The translations under genes were made by a program, and so were the position numbers. The notes beneath the pieces are model-generated. The model did not search any database, was not told where the DNA came from, and was given only the letters and a program-made list of their open reading frames with translations. Shown here piece after piece: positions 1 to 10,048 of a stretch of 64,000 nt of DNA; position 1 is the first letter of the stretch, and the number at the start of each line of letters is the position of its first letter. The DNA lies in the NCBI GenBank assembly GCA_028534125.1, contig CM052850.1:16182001-16246000 (forward strand). Reading direction: 5' to 3'. The stretch comes from Lama glama. Its lineage: Eukaryota.

Positions 1-81
1 GGGTCACAGACCAGGGGCTGGCAGAGAAAGTCGCTCTCTGCTGGTCTCAATAGCTTTGTCACATCCCTTCCCTGGGCACAG

Positions 82-2488
82 TGATCCTATCAGCAGGAGC
101 CCTGGCATTGCGGCGAGCGAGACAGGCCCAACGACGGGCACAGCAAGCATCGATGCAGCTGAGTAAGGAGCAGAAAGAGCTAGTCCAGACACTCCTGGGG
201 GCCCACACCCGCCACGTGGGCCCCATGTTTCACCAGTTTGTGCAGTTCAGGGTGAGCACTTACAGGATTCAAGCTGGAATGTGACAAAAAGGGTGCCCAA
301 GGAGGCTGGCCTGAGGGAGGGGGCTGTGTGCCATGCACCAATACAGAGGACGGGACTTCTCCGGAACCTCAGTGGGGCAGATTCCTCAGCCTAGAACCCA
401 TCCAAGATAAAGCTGGAGAGGCCTAAAGGGGATTCCTAAGGGGTGGTCGAGGGGGTGCCTCTTACTTAGGTTCTGATCTCTGCAGCCTCCAGCTCATCTG
501 TTCACCCATCACCAGCGCTTGCCCACCCTGGTCCCTGCACTGGCGCTGCTCACACACTTTGCAGACGTCAATACTTTCATGGTACAGCAAATCATCAAGT
601 TCACCAAGGATCTCCCCCTCTTTCGGTATGTGACCTCTCCTTACCTTTCAGGAAGAAAACACTCGTGAACTATAATCTGCCCCCGACCAAAAATAAATAA
701 AGTCACTGACCAAACTAACCCATCCCTCAGCCTTTCCAAAAGCCAGGTCTTGAATTCCCAGCTTTGTTTTTAAGTATCCAATCAGAACTGGGAGTTCCAC
801 TCCCTCTCTGAAGTTCAGGCTAGAGTCTGAAGTGCCGGTTACCTACTCCCCACAGGTCCCTGCCCATGGAGGACCAGATCTCCCTTCTCAAAGGAGCAGC
901 TATAGAAATCTGTCATATAGCACTCAATACCACTTTCTGTCTCCAAACACAAAACTTCCTCTGTGGGCCTCTTCGCTACACAATAGAAGATGCAGTGCAT
1001 GGTGAGATGGTGCTAGAACAGTAGAAGGCATCCCTTTGGTATGGTATGTGGCAAGGTGAACCAAAGGCTCCTAAGCCTTGTGTCTCCCACAGCGGGGTTT
1101 CAGGAAGAGTTTTTGGAGTTGCTCTTTGGCTTCCATAGGACATTGCGGCGACTACAGCTCCAGGAGCCCGAGTATGTGCTCATGGCTGCCATGGCCCTCT
1201 TCTCTCCTGGTGAGTATCCCCCAAAGCCCAAAAGCTTTTGTTTCACCACCTCTGCCCAAACTCCCAGCTCCCTGCATCCACCCATCCAAGCCTTAGTCTT
1301 CAAACCACTGGAATGGGTCTATCTCAGCCTTGGGTCCCCCCCTGTGCAGGCTACCCACAACCCCCAACCTTGTCCTGCCCTACTCCCTATCTTACAGACC
1401 GGCCTGGGGTAACCCGGAGGGAGGAGATTGATCAGTTGCAAGAGGAGATGGCACTGACTCTGCAGAGATACATCAAAGGCCAGCAGCCAAGTCCCCGGGA
1501 CCGGTATGGTGGGACTGGAGGCTATACCAGAGCAGGAACGGGTTAGGGAGACATTGAACTCAGGAAGCTTTTGCTGTCCTTTCTTTTGGGAAACCAGGGC
1601 CCTTGAAGGTCTAGTCCTTCCCTCCCATCTCATAGAGTTCCGGCATCCAAATTGCTCCTACTGCTATTTCATCTCACTTTTTCCATATTTTTTTATTCAG
1701 TAGAGATGCAAGGTAGTAGCTCATAGGCTCTGTATAATAGCATTCCTGAGATTGATGACATCCATCACCTCACCAAGCAACTTCTCCAGACTAGAGCAGC
1801 CTTTCAACAGTTTTGTTCACTCTCTTTCCTTGGCCCTTCCCCTCCTCTCCATTGGTCCAATTCCTTTAATTTTTCATTCCCCTTGAACTTATGGTCATTC
1901 AATTTCATGGCCAAAGCCAGTCCCTGTATCACAGTCCATGATCTATCCAGGCTCTAAGGTATGCTCCACTTCTATTCTTGCTTATTCCTCAATGAGCCCA
2001 CTCGGCCAGAAAAGGGATGCTTTATACCACAGAACACATCCACCTTCTGGAACCTGCTCTGGAAGGCCAGATCCTCCGATGCCACACAGTTGAAAATCTG
2101 GCCAAGTCTGGGGTTTTCTTCACGCTTGGGGCTCAGAGCTCTGGGTTCAAGAAAAATGGCATAGTGAAAGGAGTCAGTGTCAGAGGCCCCCTTGGGGACC
2201 TTTGGAACTTTTGGTACATTTGTCACACCAGAGCATATTTTCTAGTGTTCAGACCTAGCTTCACTGAGGGGTGGTTCAGGGAATCAGGGCTCAGGACAAG
2301 ACTCTCAGCTGCTTTATTTCCCTCCTCTTTCCCTGGTGACCCCACTACTTCTTCCCAGGTTTCTATATGCGAAGCTGCTGGGCCTGTTGGCTGAGCTCCG
2401 GAGCATTAACAATGCATATGGGCACCAAATCCAGCACATCCAGGGACTGTCCACCATGATGCCACTGCTCCAGGAGATCTGCAGCTAA
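82..2488 (+). CDS. NR1I3: Constitutive androstane receptor (CAR), hinge and ligand-binding-domain exons; 5' part lies upstream of the window
   Basis: GT-AG exons 82-251, 486-625, 856-1001, 1093-1209, 1398-1503, 2359-2488 (TAA) splice in frame. They encode ILSAGALALRR...PPAHLF...IIKFTKDLPLFR SLPMEDQISLLKG...LQLQEPEYVLMAAMALFSP DRPGVT...FLYAKLLGLLAELRSIN...MMPLLQEICS*, the CAR AF-2 end. Poly(A) variant ATTAAA at 2603-2608. Confidence 0.97.
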
Positions 2489-3312
2489 GGCCCAGTCCAC
2501 CTCCTTTCCCAGCCCACCTGGACACATTGGACTGGAAAGGGGAAAACGCTGGAACCATAGGTTGGGGCCAGTAGAAATGGAGCCCCCTGGTTGCAATGAA
2601 AGATTAAAGCAATAACTGCCTCTTCATGCAGTAATGGGGACAGTGAGGGGTCGCCATGGGGACAAAGTTGTTCTCTGGAAGCACAGAAGATGGGGAAAGA
2701 GGAAGCCCCAGGGCTAAGAGGTAAAGAAGCTGCTTCTGGGAATAGGTGAGCCCCACTTTCTGAGGCCAAAGATTTAGCCCTTCAGCCCTTCCTTCCCAGC
2801 CTTGGGAGACTCTGGGATGGAAAAGAGGATGGGGAGCTAATCCCATGCAGATTTTTCTGCTCTGAAGAGGAAGAGGCTAGGAGCTTTAATCCACAGGGAA
2901 ATGAAGGAAATGGGAGTGAGGAGAGGAAAATCAGCCAGACATACCCCTTAATCCTTCTCCCTTAGTCCAGAGCCACAAGAGCATGGGAAGATGATTCTGG
3001 GGCTGATGACAGAGTGGGGAGCCTCAAACCACTGCCTCAGCAGCTGCCCCTGCGGCAGCTCCAGTTCTGAGGAGGGCATGGTCCTGTCCCCACTCTGGCT
3101 CCTGGGCCCTAGAGATCACCCAGCAAGGTGGGCTCTGGGGAAGGGCCNNNNNNNNNNNNNNNNNNNNNNNNNNNNNNNNNNNNNNNNNNNNNNNNNNNNN
3201 NNNNNNNNNNNNNNNNNNNNNNNNNNNNNNNNNNNNNNNNNNNNNNNNNNNNNNNNNNNNNNNNNNNNNNNNNNNNNNNNNNNNNNNNNNNNNNNNNNNN
3301 NNNNNNNNNNNN

Positions 3313-5767
3313 TTCTCCAGCACAGCACCCACACACCAGTTACTATCCACCAAGCCTGTTGGGGAAGAGGATATAGACTAGGTTATTTAACAGCGCTTGG
3401 AGAAAGGGGTCGGCGGAAGTAAGGCGGAGCTTCCTTCCCACTGTCTCCCCAATCCCTCAGCACTTCTGAATGTCATCTAAATAAGCCTCACCTCTAAACA
3501 CCATGTTGGCCTGGGGCAGAGTCAGGTGGTAACCAAAGGAGAAGGTTGTGTCTTGTAGCCTTGTATTTGCCTCAAACTCCACTCCAACCTGAACCTGAGA
3601 ACCAAGGGGAAGGATGGGAGAGGGATCTGTCTCAATGAAGACTAGAGGAGTCCTTACAGGGCATCAGCAGAATGAAGGCATGCGTGAAATGTATGTGTCG
3701 TGTGGGGAGGAAGAACAGTTGGTCAGTAGGGCCTGTGGAGGGAGATCCAGAGCAACTTGCAGGTGTGGGGGATGGGATCAGGAGACTCACCTGTTCATTT
3801 GCCCTGTGGTAATAACTTGCATGGGCCCCACCTGATCCCACATTCAATGTAGCTACCCAGTGTACAGCTGTGAAAAACAAAGTACAAGAGAAAAGAAATG
3901 TTACTGTATTAGGACACAGGCCAGGAACCCCAGCCAAGCTCAGGATTTCCCTCCCCATCACTATTCTNNNNNNNNNNNNNNNNNNNNNNNNNNNNNNNNN
4001 NNNNNNNNNNNNNNNNNNNNNNNNNNNNNNNNNNNNNNNNNNNNNNNNNNNNNNNNNNNNNNNNNNNNNNNNNNNNNNNNNNNNNNNNNNNNNNNNNNNN
4101 NNNNNNNNNNNNNNNNNNNNNNNCACAGAGTCAGTCATAGAGATAGGACTGCTCCCTCACCTCAGCAGTCCCCACCCCAGCCTGCCCAAGAAGTTTCTTT
4201 TCTAATCCCTGAACTGTACAGACAGTGAAGAGGCAGAGCCAATATGAGCAAGTGGGCAGCCAAGATGAATAGAACCCTGTGCCAATTCCTCACCCGATTC
4301 CCCGATCAGGTCAGGATTTCCCAGGGTCAGAGTGGCTGTGTAGTCATCTCCCCGATACTCGCCATCAAACTGCCATGTCAGGAATTTGGCCTGCTGTGTC
4401 TGGGTAGGAACAGCAAGAAGTAAAATCTCTCTCCTTATTTAGGATCACTATAGCCTCTGCTCCTCCTCCTAGAGCCCCCAGGGCAGGACACTCATGGAGG
4501 AGAAAGAGGAAATGCTTCAGTGTCTGAAGGCAGGAACCATGGGTCACCTGGAAGACAGCCTTGGCTCGGAGCCGCTCTGCCAGGAGGAGCAGGACCTGGG
4601 CATTGAGGCTACCACTGCTGTCCATATCCCCTACCACAGTGGGGAACACCTGTTGAAGAGTGTAGACAGTAAGACTGAGCTGGGTGGCAGGATTCAGCCT
4701 AAATCCAAGTTCAGGATTTCTTTCGCTGTACCCAGCGCCCCCTGGTGGAGCCACAAAGACAAACTCTCAGCTCCTCCCACAGAAATGTTTCCCCACCCTC
4801 TCCCATTCAGAAGAAACCATTCTTCCCCATAACACACACATTTCCTCCTCCTCTACACCTGGGTCCCAGCTGGGATTTTTAGGGAGATAACCCAAGTGTG
4901 GGGAGCCCTCACCTCAGTGGGGCTAAGTTGCCAATCCCCTGCATAGGCTGCATGGAGGTGGTAGCCAGGCAAGCCCAGAGCACTCATGTGCACAGTGTGA
5001 GCCACCTAGAGAAAGAGAAATCAATAGAGGAGAAGCATTCCTGCTCCATTTCAATCCCCGTCCCACCCTTCATCTTCTCTCCACTCAGAAGGTCTTTTAA
5101 GGAACCCAAATATTCCAACATACACAGATTAAAAGCAACAAGTCCCACAGGCAAAGGAAGTAAAGAGAGCCCCCACATCCTCCCTCTTTGTTCCCTATAG
5201 CCTGGCTAAGGCTGGAGTACAAAGGGAAAGAGAAGGAGATCCAGGNNNNNNNNNNNNNNNNNNNNNNNNNNNNNNNNNNNNNNNNNNNNNNNNNNNNNNN
5301 NNNNNNNNNNNNNNNNNNNNNNNNNNNNNNNNNNNNNNNNNNNNNNNNNNNNNNNNNNNNNNNNNNNNNNNNNNNNNNNNNNNNNNNNNNNNNNNNNNNN
5401 NNNNNNNNNNNNNNNNACCCCAAGAAGTAGTCTCCCCTTTCAATCCCACAGAAAGTGCTTTGGAGAAATTGACCTCCTTTCAAGTCCTGAAACGGGAAAT
5501 TCTCCACTCCATTGGGGCACTTGAACCTCACTGGGGCTGGATGCCCCAGCTGTGATCTCCCCTTTTCTGCTCCGATCACTGGACATCCAGCACTCAAGAC
5601 CCTCCCCTTCTCTGCCCCTTCAACTTGAGACACACAAATGACAAGTTCTCACCTTTGCATAGCCGGTGCAGCTCATCGAAGCTCCCAGGGTTGGGAAGAG
5701 GTTCCTCTCGACGGGGGCTCCGGCGGGGCAAAGCACCCATTGGTGCTAGGCCCAGTGTGTTCCCCAT
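3313..5767 (-). CDS. TOMM40L: Mitochondrial import channel TOM40-like (TOM40B); two exons and the stop codon are hidden in N gaps
   Basis: Visible coding exons 5767-5653 ([38 protein letters not shown]), 5005-4913, 4649-4548 ([18 protein letters not shown]), 4399-4294, 3867-3791, 3594-3492 and 3355-3313 ([14 protein letters not shown], running into gap 3148-3312). Missing exons fit gaps 5246-5416 and 3968-4123. Non-coding first exon donor at 6119-6123. Confidence 0.95.
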
Positions 5768-6123
5768 TTCATTCCAGAGGACATGGGAGGAGCCTGGGTT
5801 GGCCTGGGAAAGGACTCTATAGCTTCCTCTACCCACCACGGGCCCCACCCCCCATTATCCGACTCCCCAGTCCCAGAAACTTCCACATGGTCCAACGCTA
5901 GACCTGGAACAGGAGGAGTGGGGAGAGAGGGCACTGGTGGGGAGTTTGAACCCCAGGCACACTCCCATCCCATCTTTAATTCCTCACCCCCACCTGTCAC
6001 CCCTGTCTCCTCCCCCAATCTCTAATCCTAGTCCCCGCCACAGACATCACCCAGCTTCCTAGTCTTTCTACTCTTCATTCCTAGGCCCCAAGGCGAGGCT
6101 TGCAATGGAGCAATAGCCCTTAC

Positions 6124-6500
6124 CTTCTCAGACCATCATGCTGCCCCTTTCCCCCCGGCACACCCCGGTCATCTTGATGGGGGCAGCCATCTTGAGTGAT
6201 GGCAGAACTGCGGCTTCACCCTGCATTCCCAGCGTGGCCATGAACGCCATCTTGGAACCGGGCGTAAGAAAAGATTTCAAAGACCCAACCCTCCCTTGAT
6301 TGTGCGCCGCCCAATCGATTAAAAAAAAAAAAAAAGCTGCCTCGATCTCCCAGGGGCCAATGGGAGAGAAGGAAGCAAAGGAATGGCAAACCTCGCATCC
6401 AGAGAGGTCTAACCCCGGCACTGCAGAGACAGGCGGGATTTGATAGGTCCTTAGACTGACTCCGGTAGGTGGCCTTAGATCGCCCTGCCTCTCCAAGGTC
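6124..6500 (-). promoter_or_regulatory. TOMM40L CpG-rich promoter / first exon with YY1-type motifs and CCAAT boxes
   Basis: GCCATCTTG (YY1 core AAGATGGC on -) at about 6186-6194 and 6246-6254; CCAAT at about 6311 and 6357; raised CpG; donor GTAAG at 6123-6119. Confidence 0.6.
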
Positions 6501-7279
6501 GGGAAAAACCTTTAAGCGTACAAGACACTAGAGGGAGCATCTTGGAGCTTGAGCCACTGAAGTCCGTTCCGCCACATAGCCTGGATACGTGTTTTTGAAG
6601 GGTGGCCCAGGAAACGACTGTGAAAACTTCTTTCGAACAGAACACTGCTTCATATCACTCCTGGGCGCACCCCACCCCCACCCCACAGGAACCCCTGGGG
6701 ACTCCTCTTCACAGTTCTTCACAGTATACGGTACACCTCCAAATGATTCCTAGTCTCAGGTACAGCTCTCTCGAGGAAAATGGAGCCACACTTCCCTCCT
6801 GGAGGTCTACACCTCTCAAAGTTCGGCCCCTTGTCCCCTCGATGGAATGGGAATAAGTGTGAGAGTTTGGGGTAGAGGAGCAGGGGCTGCAGCCTTAGTT
6901 CTAGCAGAACAAGTCCCTGAAACAGCTGACCCCTGTAGTTAATCCTTCCTTCCCTGATTCCCCAGGCAGAGTTGGCAAATAATATCTAGGAATACGGACT
7001 CCTGACTTCAAATGCACTCCACTACAAAGCCACGAACAAATTAATGGCATGCCCTTCAAGTACTAAGTGCTCCACAGAGAAATAATTGAAGATGGAGTAT
7101 GATTTCTTGGACTCTGGTCACCTTCCTCACTAGCACTCACATGTCCACTCCCATCTCTTAGGAATGTTCTACATACACTTGGAGGGCAAAACGATGAAGG
7201 ATACGAATTCTTCTGATATCTGGCTGATTTCACCCAAATGCCTTTGGCCTAGAAGTGTACTTCTGCCCTCCCTCACAGT

Positions 7280-8100
7280 CAGGGTTGGGATAAAGACTGG
7301 GGCCTTGGTCAAAGGGATGCTGTGGTCCCTGCTGACTCACATTGGCTGACCAATGATAGAACTGATAAGGTGATCCAAATGACCAAAGACCTCCCACCTT
7401 TATCCTTGGTGGAAGCCTCTCAACTCACCTTTTTTCCTGCCAGAGCACTCTAATTGGGAGGGGGAGGGCAGAGGCTGCTTTCTGAATTTGTTTTATTGGG
7501 GGTGGGCTGTGCTCATTTATCAGCACTCAGGAAGGTCATTCTTGGCTCTAGTGGTTTCTCCCTGGTCTCATTACACATTAACTTAAAAAGGGACAGAATC
7601 AATCAGACTTGCCCTCTGACCCAAGCCAGCATTCCTCTCACCCCTGCCCCTGATTTCATCTCCTTTCTTCTTTCTTCTGTTCCCCAATACCTCTCTGCCA
7701 AGTTGCAGCAAAAGGGGATTAGGGTTGGGAGCTGAAATCTACCCATAACGGAACACAGATACTAAGGGCTGAGGGCTTGATATGTCAGAGCTTTCCAGAA
7801 AAAAGAAAGAAAGAAAGAAACCCTAGAAATCCTGTTTCCTGCAGCATTCAAATCCAAGGACTACTAGCCTCAGCCTCAAAAGGAATGAATGTTGAATAGG
7901 CCTAAAGTATGCCCCCTTGGCATGCACTAAGGCCTGCACCCCCTGCCTCCCATCCAGTCCCCATGAGTCCCCCCACGTGCTTGTCCTCTCCTCCCCCATT
8001 TCTCCAGCTTGTTTACTCCAACATGGCCCCTGCCCCACTGGGCCCTTCCAAAGTCCTTGTCACCTGACATGGGGGTGGGGAAGCAGACAGATATATGGTC
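7280..8100 (+). promoter_or_regulatory. APOA2 hepatic enhancer and proximal promoter
   Basis: Resembles the human APOA2 regulatory elements as I recall them: TGATAA and GGTGATCCAAATGACC (about 7363-7384), J-site-like DR1 (7388-7410), HNF1-like TCATTACACATTAAC (about 7568-7582), E-box GTCACCTGAC (8059-8068), TATA-like ATATAT (8091-8096). Confidence 0.55.
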
Positions 8101-8343
8101 CCTGCCTCCCCAGTCAGGCCAGGCACAGACAGCAAGGACAGTGACGCCGACTAGGTACAGTAAGGGAGCAAGAGGTCTGGACAGCATCCAAAGGGGACCA
8201 GGTTTTAATTATGGAAGGGGAGGGAATCAGGTTGGTGTGGATATGTAGGTAGGGGTCCCTGGGGAGGGGCTGAAGCCCATTCAGCTTCAGTGTCCTCCCC
8301 TACCCCCAACTGTTTGCAGGCCACTTTCCCCACTGTTAACACC

Positions 8344-8640
8344 ATGAAGCTGCTTGCAGTGACTGTGCTGCTCCTCACCATCTGTAGCCTTGAAGGTGGG
8401 TGTGATACGGGGACGGGTCCCAGGGAGGAGAAGGTGCTTGGGTCCTAGCTGTTTATCAGTCTGTGCTCCTCTGCCCGGGTCTGGCAACCAGGGAGCTTAA
8501 AAGGAAAATCATTCCCTCTCTAAAGCCCAGAAAGCCCATCCAAAGACCTGGAGCTGGATACCTGTTTGGGGAGAGGGCTGAGAGCTGGGGCTGGATACTG
8601 GCAGAGAAATGGGACCCATTGTTGGGGACCCAGCTAAGAA

Positions 8641-8692
<52 letters not shown>

Positions 8693-9323
8693 TTCTGTGT
8701 GTGTGCAGGGGCTTTGGTTCGGAGACAGGCAGAGGAGCCAAGTCTGCAGAGCCTGGTCTCTCAGTACTTCCAGACCGTGACCGACTATGGCAAGGACCTG
8801 GTAGAGAAGGCCAAGGGCTCAGAGCTTCAAACCCAGGCCAAGTAAGTCTCAGCAAAAGGGGTTCAGGGACCAGCGGGCTGTGGAGAGAAAGAAGGGAAGC
8901 CGGGAGGTCTCACATAGTCTGAGCTCAGGAGTCGGGGTTAGGGAGGATGGGATTTAAATTGGAGAGAAAATTCCTTGATCACCCCATAGATCCCATGGAC
9001 CTCTTGGGCAGCAGGAACTGGGCTTTGAAATTCTATCTCTGGGGTCTGTTCCTCTGCTCGGTGGAGGGCTTACCTCTCCTCCTAGGAGCTTTGCCATTCC
9101 AAGACAGACCAAGCACTAGAGTCTGGGGACTTGGGTCTCACCTCCCACCACCACCAAGGTCCCTGCCAATTCTTCACGGTGACTTCTAATCCCTTACATA
9201 TCCAGGGCTTACTTTGAGAAGACACAGGAGCAGCTGACACCCCTGGTCAAGAAGGCTGGAACTGATCTGATTAACTTCCTGAGCAATTTCATGGACCTCA
9301 AAACACAGCCTCCTGCCCAGTGA
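8344..9323 (+). CDS. APOA2: Apolipoprotein A-II preproprotein, 100 aa
   Basis: Coding exons 8344-8395, 8709-8841, 9206-9323 total 303 nt: [100 protein letters not shown]. Non-coding exon 1 about 8121-8154; AATAAA 9420-9425. Confidence 0.98.
8644..8705 (+). repeat. (TG)22 microsatellite plus degenerate TG tail at the APOA2 exon 3 acceptor
   Basis: Perfect TG run 8644-8687, then TATGTTTCTGTGTGTGTG, then the CAG acceptor. Confidence 0.97.
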
Positions 9324-9940
9324 GATGTCTAGACCATTATCTTCCATCCCCAGCGGGCCTCTTGAATACCGACGGGCCAGACCTAGAGCTCCTTTCCCCA
9401 CCCAGTCCTTGTTTTCTACAATAAATACTGAAGGAGTCAAGTTGTGAGCCTGGTATGTTTTGGGGACTGAGAGAAATAGGGATAGTGAGGGAGGAATAGT
9501 GGAGAGAACAAAGAGAAATCTGCTTCTAACAGGAGATGGGTTTTGGTGTGGAGAAAGGGTTGAAAAAATAAATGATGGAAGTGACAACGTGGGGGTGCCC
9601 GTAAGTCTTCTCCAAATCCAAGGAATCTTCCTACAGTCCTGGGAACACCCCTGTTGGGGAGACTAAAGAGCCTTTGCCTTGGACATGGAACCATGAAAAG
9701 CATGAAGGATTCATGAACCAAATCCCTAGACTCCTGGAAGTCATAGGAAATGACAACACCCCTCAGAATTTCCTCTATCATACTATGAAGAGGAGAAAGC
9801 TTCCCAAAAATGAGCCCAAAGGTGTCACCCAAGGCCCCCTCTTCCCTTCTGAGCCAGAAGAACGTTGTGCTTCCTCTTATCCTGCAGTAAAAGATCTGGG
9901 TTTACTCCTCTCCCCAAAAGGGCTCTAATCCTTCCATTTA

Positions 9941-10048
9941 TTTTATTATTATTATTTTTTAATGGAAGCACTGGTACTGGGGATTGAACCCCAGACCTCG
10001 TGCATGCTAAGCATGTGCTCTGCCACTGAGTTTTACTCATCCCCCTAA
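9941..10048 (-). mobile_element. tRNA-derived SINE (Vic-1-like, camelid)
   Basis: Pol III B-box GGGTTCAATCCCCAG on -, AT-rich tail, TSD TAATCCTTC(C/G)ATTTA at 9926-9940 and 10049-10063. Confidence 0.85.

Noticed and set aside
2991-5633. Long ORFs containing X runs
   Set aside because: Artefacts of translating through N gaps.
8463-8922. Cys-Val / His-Thr repeat ORFs
   Set aside because: They are translations of the intronic (TG)n microsatellite.
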